A DNA stretch of 64,000 nucleotides, taken from the NCBI GenBank assembly GCA_964188305.1, contig OZ076896.1, one strand, 5' to 3'. Origin of the DNA: Podarcis bocagei (taxonomy: Eukaryota). How positions within the stretch are numbered: position 1 is the first letter of the stretch; the number at the start of each line of letters is the position of its first letter. The notes beneath the pieces are model-generated. The model ran no database searches. It worked only from the letters and a program-made list of their open reading frames with translations, and was not told the origin of the DNA. Position numbers and translations under genes: made by a program. Below are positions 23,911-35,165 of the stretch, piece after piece.

Positions 23911-23991
23911 AGTTTTGAATGCCTGCCTTCCACAATTGCATTGTCTTGCAGTTTTGAATGCCTGCCTTCCACAATTGCATTGTCTTGCAGT
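23911..23991. repeat. Perfect 39-bp tandem duplication
   Basis: agttttgaatgcctgccttccacaattgcattgtcttgc twice (23911-23949, 23950-23988), then agt. Confidence 0.95.
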
Positions 23992-26900
23992 GACTTTTTT
24001 TTATTTCTACAGCAGCTTGAAGTGCCACATACAGTACCTTAAAACAGAACTTTCTCAAAGAGAAATTGCTTGTCTACTACATGTGTGCATAGGAGTGAGT
24101 TGTGATTCTGGGAGTTATGTGTGTTGATGACCGAAGAAACTAATTTAGGTGATGACGCATATAAATAAATCCCAGTTTCATTTATCTTGCTCAGATACAG
24201 TTGTGGGCATATTTGGTTATGCTCATGCATGAGCAGCTGCTAGTGGAGAAATCAACTTGAAGGGTGAAACATGGAAATCCAATATTAATTAGTTTTCCTC
24301 TCATTTAAAATAAATAAATGATTTGTCTTAATTTAACTCAGTTTTCTGAAGGTGTCATGAAGGAACTGTAGGCCCTTCCGTATTTCTCAGACATAATACT
24401 GCTAAGCTCATGGCAGAATTATTTTCTAAACCTTGGATGCCTTCATACTGATTTGTTATAAAAATTATTAGTTGCCAGGAATTTATTGTGCTTGTGTTTT
24501 TCCCATAAACATACAAGAGCGTCTTCGAGGAAATGAATCTGTTATAGAAATCTGCTGGTTTTAAATGAACAGTGATTCAATTACAAACTCTACTCAGAAA
24601 GTCAACAAAGATAGAAATAATCTGGGTGCTTATTAAACATATTTGCATGAGTATTGTGCTAATGTATGCAGAAGCATGTTGCGGTGGTATTGAGTTGCAT
24701 AGCCTAATGCACCTGTTCAACTGTCTACATGTGCTACAGGTTGAAATAGGTTTACTTCACGAGGAAAGGGGGGAATCTCATTTATTTACAGGTGCCAAAC
24801 CTATTACAGCATCCATTTGTTCAGCAGCTTCCATTTCAGATTATTTTAATCAGTTTCTGGGACTGATTGGAATAGATTCAATAAATTTCCTGTGGCAGGT
24901 TGGCTTTGCAGTGAACTAATAAAAAATGTGGAGCATGATGAAGAGTCGCCAATCTAGGTTTTCAGAAGGCTGGTTGAGACAGCATGTCCATTGCTGGAGG
25001 AGAAAGGATTATAGCAATAGAGCTAAATACAGATTTTGCACCATGTTGATACTTTCAACCAACTCACTAGTTTAAAGTTATCTAATACGGCGCCTTCTTG
25101 CATTTCAAGAGATGTTGCTGCTCTCCTCTGCATGTTCATCATTCCCCCCCCCATCCATAAGAGGTAAATACAACATGTTTTTTGCAGTACGTTGTTTGTA
25201 ACACATGGGTTTGGATCTGGAAATCTGCCAGCCCCCCCCCCCCGGCTGCCTCCCAGAAAGGCTTCTCCAAGCATCAGAGGAGACAACTGCTTTGGGGTGG
25301 AATGGAAGAGGGACCTGAAGGTGAATGTTGTGTATGACCAGGGAACCTAACTTCTTTCCTGACCCTTGGGTGTAGCATTATTGGTGGGCTGCCAAGGAGT
25401 TTCTATGAACTTCAGTTTTGTGCGACTCTCTATGCAATGTAAACCTGAGACGTAGTTTTGTGCTAACTCTACATAAGTGAACTGATCCATTTACATGATG
25501 CAAATACATAGGTTAAGAAACCCCTATCTGTAATTGGTAGTTGATACAGTAGCTTTTACATTGGCATGGGTATCTTGGTACATCCTGTCAGGAACACTAT
25601 GGCAGATGGAAATACGTAGTTCATTTTGTGGTTAAAATGTTGCATGCCTTGTTTACATTACTTTTGCTGCCTGTGATTGATTACACGCCACCCCCAGCCC
25701 CAATCTTTACTGAGCAGCAGCAAAATTCCAGTGGCGTTTCCAGACGCTCACCCAGTGTTGTGTTTCCTTGGGGAAAATGAGGCACAACGGAGGCTACTGT
25801 CTTTATGAAATATGGCTTATTCACATGCGTTTTGAATTGAGTTTATGGAGAGAGAGTTCACAGCATTTACACCCCAAGAGGGGCGTGTCCTTCCCAGCAG
25901 TGCAGCAATGGATTCAGAAGCATCCTAAATCCATCCCTGTGTCTCTCAGTAACAGCCTGCTACAGCCAGCCGGCATGCCTCATGCACTTCATTCTGCATG
26001 GAGTTCTGTCCACTTCCTGCTCCTTTCCCCCATCAACCTCTGTTCCCAATGCATCTATTGTAAAAGTGTACCCTTTCTTCCTGTGGTGACATAAAGCCCC
26101 CCCCCCGTTACCCTGGCAACCTCCCTTTGTGCCTGGCAGAGCCTGGTTGATGACTTCCATTGAGGGGCTAATGGCTGCCCATCAGCACCTTTGCTTCGTC
26201 TTTCAGTTGAGAAATTTCATATCATATTTTCAGAATCTTAAACAATTTATATTAAGTGTTTAAAGCTTCTGTCTTATATAAACTTACCTGGGAGCAAGAC
26301 CATGAACATGATGCAATTTACCGCTGAGTAAACACACACATCACTGTCCTGTTCCCTATATATCATTAAATGATCAGCGTACTTTGGAATAACTTTACAA
26401 ATGCTGTTATTCATGTTAGCTGATTTTAGTCTAATACAGATGGTTGGCATCTGTAATAAATCTATTATTATTTTTAGTGTGCTGCTTAGATTACTGCAGG
26501 GATATAATTATAACTGATTCACAGAAAATATTATTTTCCAAACAGATATAGGAAATGTTTATGCACACATACCACATGAACATATAAATCCAGTGTTGGA
26601 GGAAATTGGTTTACCGTCATTGAAATTTCTATTGATGAATATTATTTTTTCTTAAATGATATATCCCACTTATTAGACCCAATACTAGCTTATTTGTCAC
26701 CAGAATTCTCCTCTGTGTTCTCCCCCTTTCTGGTATGTTATCAGTAATGCCTTTTCAGCGGCATGTCTAAATAATTGTCAAAATGGGAGCATTCCCTTGT
26801 TTTGATGACTTACAAAACGCATATACAAAAACCCTTGCACTTTGAAATGGTTGAATCCTTTCATGAAAGTTAATAGAAGATAGAGGAGTGTAGCCAAGTA

Positions 26901-29900
26901 GTGTTTGTCCGAGGAATTTGATCCAAGGTGTCTGACTGTCTCTAATGGAGGATGACAAGGAAGGTTTTAAGAAGTCATCGCATACATTGTCTTCAGACAC
27001 AAAAACCTTCCGCCTGCATCTTTCAACTTGCTGCACCTCTTTCTGAAGGAGCCCTGAGTAAACTGCTGAATTTTTATTAATCAGCTTACCCTAATGAGAT
27101 GAAAAGACCTTTTCAAAAGAGTGAGGAAAGAGCTGCATACAGAAACAGGGGTGGGTTTTTGTTTTTGGGGGGATGTTTTTACATAAACAACTTATAGGAG
27201 CTAATGATAGTGGTTGAGGAAGAAACAAGATTCAGTTCTGATTTTGGCTTCTTGGTCTGTTCTTTTCTTGTCTTCTTCACCTAGTTTTAGACTTCCTGCC
27301 TCCATATCTAATGAGATCTTTGAAAATACAAAGAAGATTTAACAAGAGTGTGTATTTTGTGTGCTGTGAGGAAAGGGGAAGCAGCGGGGAGAAAAATACC
27401 TTTTGGGAACTGAGGCAAGAAAACCTAAGCTGATAAAACATGACTCTTCCCACCCCCCACTCCCTCCCCAACAGGGAGTTGTTTGGATAACTTGCCCTTT
27501 TCTAAATTCTTCCTTTCTCTTTCTGCACCCCCTTCCCCTTTTTTCTCTCTTGTCAAGCCTACTTCATAAACGGTAGCAGCTGGAGATCTTTTTAGTGGCA
27601 TTCAGGGATTACTGCCCTTCAGGATTTTAATAAGCCCTGATGCTTGAAATGCCTGTAAGGGTGCTCTCTGAGACAATTACCATTCAGGACTAGGAATTGA
27701 GGGCCCTTCAGCAGCCCAGATGGGTGAGGTTCTGCACATGGGCAGATAGTGTTCTATGAACAACAGATCACTGGAGCAAAGAAGGGGAGGGGAAATAAGA
27801 GAGGAAAGAAAGAAAGGAATGGGATGGTGTGTGTGTGTGTGTGTATGTGTGCACCATACAGCTAATCAAAGATGAATTTGTTAATTCTTTTATAGGTAAC
27901 TAGATTTAAAACTCACAACTCTCTAGAAGGATGATAAATTCAGTTAGTTGTTTATACAGTTCACATTATGAGTTTGGGATGTTTTTATTTTTTATTTTAC
28001 ATTTGCAGTTCTCATTAATGGGATGCCTAGTTGAGTTTTCATCTCTTGCAAGAGAGAAATAATCTCCAGGGGCTCACAATAAAAGTGATATTCTTCATGC
28101 TACAACTGGTTAACTGCTTTGTGGCCTACTCAGAGTTCATGGAGTAGGAACTGATTATCCTTTCACATAAGGAAAAAAGGGAGGATTTTAAAAACCCGTT
28201 GATTTTAGTATAGGGTACTTCAAGAAGATGTTTGTTTCTTTGCTAAAGTTAACTAAGTTAGAACTCTGTGCAGTCTCTTTAGTCAGCGTCCTGTTAGCAC
28301 ACACAAGTATCCTTTTAGACGGGATGAGAACATTTGAAAGCTAGCCTAGTAGTTTTGATCATTATCTTATTGCAGTAGCGACTCCTGAGAGCCACTCATT
28401 TTGGCTGCACAGTGCTTCATTATAAAATATAGAGAGTAACTATTAACAGAACATTTGTTCTCCATCTGGAGGGACATATACTACATTTTTAATCGATGAA
28501 CTTTCTCTTGCCAGAAGAATCATTTTATGCTACTGTTAATTAAGGTTAATATTTGACATGTTTAGCTGAGAAAGAGTAATTTCTTTTGGCTCTTATGATA
28601 TATCCATTATCCTTTTTAAGTAAAAAGTGATTGGAAGTAGTGAATAAGTCTGACTGTAGAGTGAGGATCCATAAATAGAAGGACATTGGCTTGTTAAGCT
28701 TATGTGTTGTTTACCAGATCCAAATAGACTTTCCCAAATTCCCTTCCACTTCATTGGAATATTTGCCCTTCTTTGCGAATGTACCAATAAGTAATGCTTC
28801 TTTGTAATCCTTAACTTTAAGCATGCCTAAGTAATGCTGTATGCGTCTAGAATCTACTTCACATTACATCAGAAACATATGAGGCTAAATTAAGTGTCTA
28901 TCCAGGATAAACAGAAACTGCTTACTCCTGTGTAAATGCTTCCAACAGGTGCACAAACCCTTTTTGTTCACCTGCAGTTCTATTGTTACTTTTTTCACGT
29001 AGCAATTTTTAACTTTTGATTTTAAGCTGAAAAAGACTTACTCCCAAGCAAGTTTGTATAGTATTGCTTCTTTTATCCTTGAGAACTCCAGATAGTAAGG
29101 GGTGCATAAATGAAAATAATAATGGGTTCGGAATTGTAAATATGTTGAAACTATTGTTTAGGAATTGATAGATACATTTAGCTATAACTAGTTTTCTTGT
29201 TTTACTACTTGCAATATAATTTAGGAAGCTCAGTAATCATGTCACTCCTTTTGCATTTGGTTATGGTTCCCGCAGAGTGCCCTTGAGCCTTCATTTGTCT
29301 CTAAATGTGCCTTTATTTGACCTTAACTCAGTGGCTAAGAAAACATTTGTTACATAGACAATAATACAGCAAGACAGTTGGTTCAACTACAGATAATGTT
29401 TCATTAGACTCTTTCAAACTGACAGGCGTGGTTGTTTGAATGTTGTCTTATGAAACAGAGAATATCCAGCTTTGCTTTTCTCCATTCTTTTCTGCAGGTT
29501 GTTTTCCCATATGCATTGTATCTCACCAAATTTATATAATAATTAGCTAATCAAGCTGTATGAAGTTATCAAATATGCAAGGTCCAAGCTTGATGTGCTA
29601 CCTCTTGCTACAATCTGGCATGAAATAAAAATTTGACATGTCTCAATTTTGCTTTGAATTTGTATATAAGTATTGCATATCCTGCATCCAAACTTCATGT
29701 CATATTTGTTATTTTCTTTTTGATGAAACCTCCTATTTTGTTCTCGGCTGTAAATTATTATACAATCATTGACAATAGTAATTTAAAATAGGTTACATGT
29801 ATGCAACCCCCCCCCAAAAAAAAATCAGCCCTGGGACAGTCTTTAATATAGAACAGAACAAGTGAAACACTACATTGAACTCTGCAGAACTTATTTCTGA

Positions 29901-30908
29901 GCAGACATTTATCAGACTGCACTATTAACGCAAATTTTGTACGGGACACATGTTTCTGACAATCTTTTTCTCTTATTTTCAGCAGTTTCCTCAAGATGAT
30001 TATTATATTTCTGGAGCTGACTTGTAGCAAGTTTAGAATTCAATTTGGGGATTACTAAGGGCGCAGAGGTCCACAAATGTTGGCATGTGTGTGGTGGTTT
30101 TCTTTGGCTAGGCATCATTTGTGGCTGCCACTGATTCTTCCTGGCATATGCTGGCACGCTGCAGATGACTATTAAGAGAGAGGCTCTCTCAATTTTGTAG
30201 TGCATGAAAGTAAGCAACTGTGGGATTGATTCCCACTGTCTGGGATTTCTGCTGTTTGTTTGTTTGTTTTGCTTTTTCATAAACTGCAATGGAAACCAGA
30301 CCTTATGGGTTAGGAATCTGTGTTGCTGGGTGTCCTTGCTGGACAGAAGGCTGGGGGCAAATGCCCCCAGACAGCTGATAAGTGAATTTTGTTCATGCCT
30401 ACCCAGCTAAGGCTCAAACTACTTGGGACAATATCAGACCTATTTCTTTATACATGTCTAATTTTATATAAAGCCCAAATGCTTATTTTGATGCAAAACT
30501 CCAACCTCAACTCCTTGTTTTGTATGAGAATGGGTTTTGAATAAAAGTATCTACCAACTAGAGATGTAAAACATCTGAAAATTTAGAAGAAATGGAAATA
30601 TAAGTGCATTTCTTCTTGGATGTAGTGGTTGTAAAGACAACAGATATGGGGGTGTGGGATCAAAATATATTCAACACTTGGGCTGCAATTCTCTACATAC
30701 AAACTTCTAAGTGTAAATTCCATTGACCACAATAGTGTGTACTTATCAATAGACATATTTTGAATTGCATTGTTACTTTCTTACTAATTCTAGTCTTGGT
30801 TTACTACTTTGTGAACAATTTTATTATTTGTTTTTAATGTAAAAGTATAAACAGTCTTTTTTTCTTTACTTACACAATAAATAGAAATATATGCATATGA
30901 TACCCAAC

Positions 30909-31264
30909 TCGTTGACATCCGTCTGTCTTGAGAGACAATGGAGTGTGCCTAGGGGTGAAGTCAAACAACACCTCTCTAGGGCACAAACCAGGAAAGCATA
31001 TATGGAGGTCCTGGGCTGTCCAGACAACAAGGCCCCCATCTTAGCCTTGTGGATATGGTCCAAAGGGAAGCAGAGCAATATGTTTGGCACCAGCTTGGCT
31101 GAAGGAGTTGCAGGAAGGATGCGTACTGGGTGCCATCCAACGGTCTTAGGAACTCTGCTTCAGATTTGTGTAGGCTTTACTTCTTAGCCTTTTCCTCTCC
31201 TAGAGATACCCTGCAAGGCAGCAGACATTTAGAATCAGAGTTTTCCTTCTAGATGGGCTACCTT
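30909..31264 (-). mobile_element. Non-autonomous RTE-derived retroposon fragment
   Basis: tcgttgacatccgtctgtcttgagagacaatgg ... tttggcaccagcttggctg...ggagttg ... cagagttttccttc..agatgggctacc resembles RTE-type terminal sequences as recalled; family assignment not verified. Confidence 0.55.
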
Positions 31265-33538
31265 TAATTACGGGAGAATCTGAGGCAAGTAACAAGATGA
31301 GAGGGAGCATCTTGTACAATGATGGTAGCCTTCCAAGTTTCCGCCATGCTGCAGGCGCTCCTCCTAATAACTGGAGATGTTTTGTATTATGGAGTTCCCC
31401 TTCTCCCAGACCATACCCTAAGTGTGTTACTTGTTTAGTAATACATTCAAACACCATAGTAATGTCACTCTCCCCCCAAAAAACACATTGGAGAGAACTG
31501 ACTGTAACAATATTATTTTAAATATATTTCATAAGTGATTTTTTTTATATTTACATTTCATGTCTTTGTGAAGTTCTTACCGCTGCTTTCTCATTTTTAA
31601 AGTTTTCTTTAGACCTTTCCCTTTCCTTCCACATCATGTCTTGTTGGTCTCTAATTTTCATCAAGCATTTTTCTTATTTATAACATGTCACCAGTTGGTT
31701 GTCTTCCTTTTTGCCCCACTAGCCCTAACAAGTATCAGCAATAAAATTCCCCCCCTTTTCTTGTCAGTCTTTGAATTGTCTTGCATTTTTCTTTGACCTC
31801 TCAGTTTCTAAAACTGTTAATTGCAATGATCTAAAACCGATATGATGTCTCATTTTATTCTGAAGAGAAATGAGTACTTTCTCTCTCTGTAACATTTAGG
31901 ATATCTGAGAATAACTTTGGAAAGTTGGGTGATATACGCTCATTCTTGGCAAACAAGAAATCTTCCCTTATTTAAAAATAGGTTTAAGGAGTATTTATTA
32001 TTTTCCTTCCATCAGAGTTTATTGGATTGTTGACATTCTGCATTTCCCCCCCCATTTCTGTACTGGTGAATTGAGTTTGAGCTGTGATTTGCTTGACAGT
32101 ATATACCACTGCCAGATGCTAGAAGCTTTAATGTAGTCTGGAAGCTGTGCTACAGTATTTGTCATTCTAGATGCTTTGAGCTGAAAGGACTTTCTATAAC
32201 CTGATTAGATTCAAACTTCCCAGACTTGCCACCTCTACCAATGCCTTCTGTAGTCTATTTATTAATTGAAGTTCCTTTTTAAAATTTATCTTGATGGTTT
32301 AACTGCTGCCATTTCATTTTAAGGGGACGTAAAGTAGTTTTAAGTAGATAGTTATTTTATCATTTGTTGTTTTCGTTGTATTTTATGACATTTTGTACAC
32401 AGCCTTGAAGAGGCAATTGTGCCCTAAAAGGTGTTAATAAATATAGTGACTTCTTGTTTCATATAAACTCTTTAAGTTTGTAGAGGAACACGGGAGGAGA
32501 CATTACACTGTTTCGTTAAAAACCAACAACCAAACCACACAGTGTAATAATGAAATTTATACTTTCATTTATTTAACAAGATTTATATATTGCTTAATTG
32601 TAAGAAAACCTTCAAGTGGTTTAGTTGCTTGAAGAGACTGCTAATAACGTTGACTAGGCAGAACAACAAGTAGAGGGGACGGGGGGGGGGAGCCATGGTG
32701 GGGGGTGGATGGAAGAGGAACGACAAGACCAGATGTCAGTCCTCTCTTATTGCACACATACAATTGAAGTAGTTATTTTAAAATCTCAGTATAAAAGAGC
32801 AATTGCTTTTATAGTTGTTGCATCTTCTGTCAAAAAGATAAAAAAACAATAACCACAAAACAACTGCCAGTTGATTAACTTTTTTTAAAAAAAAATTAAA
32901 CTAATGTATGCTTAGGAAATACAATGCCAATGTAGATTTCACAGTTTTAGTAAACTTGTTCAAGAATCTTAAATATTACTCTTAATTTCCTCAGCAACTC
33001 TGCCTCAGGTAATGCCTGTTCAGTTTAAAAGAAGAAAATTAACCTTGGGCAATGCTTTTCTTTCATGTTTCCATTTCAGTTGCCCTTTTGCTATGTTAGA
33101 ATAAATGTGGATTAGTGGAAAGCACTGTGAATCAGATTTCACTTATATTTCATTTACATATTTGTTTAGTTATTGGCTAAACTGCAGTAAAAAATATTTT
33201 AAAGCACCTACACGTCATTTCCTCAAAACCTGCCATGATTCCCTCGTGCTTCTGGGTTTGTCAGATTATTAGCCTGTGATGGAGGAGATAAAGCATTTCC
33301 TTGTATTGAATTTGAGCACGCTCTGTGCTTTGGGCCGAATTAAATATTAAAGGCTGTTTGCGATCTTACAGACAAGCAGGGCAGGCAGACTTTGGCACGC
33401 ACATGGAGAATGAAGGGAAAAAAAATCCCAAGAAAGGAAGGTGAAGATATTGGTGGACCCTCAGATCTGGGTGACTCCTTAGTATTCTTTGGAAACACTT
33501 GCCTCCTAATGGAAATACTTGTCTGAAAATGAAATTGA

Positions 33539-33628
33539 CAGTGCAATCCTGTACATGCCTGCCCAGAAGTAAGTTTTGTTGAGTTCAATGGGGCTTACTC
33601 CTAAGGAAGTGTATATAGGATTGCAGCC
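33539..33628. mobile_element. Short (~90 bp) palindromic MITE-like repeat, possibly PIF/Harbinger-derived
   Basis: tgcaatcct ... aggattgca terminal inverted repeat, inner agtaag/cttact arms, central ttgagttcaa; flanks tga / taa. Confidence 0.7.
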
Positions 33629-33855
33629 TAACACAACGGAATAATCAAATTGCCTTAAAAGCATGTGTGCCACTTATTGTCTAGTGTTTGCAGTTTTTTG
33701 TGGAGTTAGTAGGGTCCATATAAACAATTTACTTATGTGACTCTTGGTCAACAGCAAATAACGTGGGATCTCTGTGTTTTTAATTTTTAATAGAGGCTGT
33801 AGGATCTTCTGATTTGAATCAGGGTCCTAGTTCAATAGTGATGGATGGTATAACA

Positions 33856-34106
33856 CAGGGATCAGCAAACTTTTTCAGCAGGGGGCCAGTCCACTGTCCC
33901 CCAGACCTTGTGGGGAGCCAGACTATATTTTGAAGAAAAAAAATGAATGAATTCCTATGCCCCACAAATAACCCGGAGATGCATTTTAAATAAAAGGACA
34001 CATTCTACGCATGTAAAAACACGCTGATTCCCAGACCATCTGCGGGCCGGATTGAGAAGGTGATTGGGCCACATCCGGCCCCTGGGCCTTGGTTTGCCTA
34101 CCCATG
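33856..34106. mobile_element. Non-autonomous hAT transposon
   Basis: cagggatcagcaaac ... gtttgcctacccatg imperfect TIRs; gggcc/ggccc subterminal motifs; flanks gtataaca / gtaaca. Confidence 0.8.
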
Positions 34107-34179
34107 GTAACACATCATGGTTATGGCCCTGATCCAGATTAGACTTCTGGAGCTGCTGTTGGCCATGGAAGGACAAACT

Positions 34180-34803
34180 TTTTTTTTTATATAATTTTTA
34201 TTGGTTTTACAAAATTTTATAAAACAAACAAACACTTAAAAAGACAAACATACACGTATAATTTCATATCATAATTTCATAAACCTCTTTTCTGGGACTT
34301 CCCCATACCCCCCCTTTCTGCATCCCAATGTCCATAATTTTATAGCAACTCCCATTTGTTACTTTCCAACCTCTGTCATTTTAGTCATCTCCATATTCTG
34401 ACCTTATATCACTGTATCCCTTTGTTCCTGAAAGCCACAACACTCTAACATTCATTAAGTTTATAATAGTCCTTAAGATAACTTTTAAATTTTCTCCATT
34501 CTTCTTCCGCCGTCTCTTTTCCTTGGTCATGGATTCTGCCTGTCATCTCGGCCAATGTCATATAGTCCATCACTTTCATCTGCCATTCTTCCAGAGTGGG
34601 TAGATCTTGTGTCTTCCAATACTTTGCGATGAGTATTCTTGCTGCTGTTGTCGCGTACATAAAAAAAGTTCTATCCCTCTTTGACACCAATTGGCCGACA
34701 ATGCCCAAGAGAAAGGCCTCTGGTTTTTTAGGAAAAGTACATTTAAGTACCTTTTTCATTTCATTATAGATCATTTCCCAGAAAGCCTTAATCTTCGGGC
34801 ATG
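34180..34803 (-). mobile_element. 5'-truncated L1 LINE (ORF2 C-terminus, 3' UTR, poly(A))
   Basis: Open frame CPKIKAFWEMIYNEMKKVLK...PEAFLLG...TTAARILIAKYWK...LPTLEEW typical of L1 ORF2 ends; stop at 34445; AATAAA at 34197-34202 (minus); poly(A); perfect 16-bp TSD catggaaggacaaact (34164-34179, 34804-34819). Confidence 0.93.
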
Positions 34804-34888
34804 CATGGAAGGACAAACTCGGATACTTCAACAGCCCTAGGAAGAGGCTGTTGCTGTTTGTGAGTCCTCCTGTTGTCTGAGCTGCCAT

Positions 34889-35165
34889 CAGTGGTGTAGG
34901 AAGAGGGGTGCGGTGGGTGCAGGCTGCCCCGGGTGTCATCACTGAGGGGGTGACAAAATGGCAAAAATATGTGTTTTTAAAATAAGAAATTCCCATCGCG
35001 AAAAAAAGGTTTTACGTGCTTATGCTCACAATGTTAAGTAAATAAACCAGAGAACAACACTTTCAACTGTAAGTATCTTGTTTTTCCTTCTTTTAATAAT
35101 TTCAATGTGTGTGTGTTACAAGAAATTTTCCGCACCGGACACCACCTAACCTTGCTACGCCACTG
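34889..35165. mobile_element. Non-autonomous hAT (Tip100-like) transposon
   Basis: TIRs cagtggtgtag ... ctacgccactg; 8-bp TSD gctgccat / actgccat. Confidence 0.85.

Noticed and set aside
17001-33015. Other AG|GT junctions with pyrimidine tracts (17024 GTAATA, 20784 GTATAT, 27895 GTAACT, 29497 GTTGTT, 33008 GTAATG)
   Set aside because: Regenerated donors are weaker than at 57067, and this many is expected by chance in a long T-rich intron.
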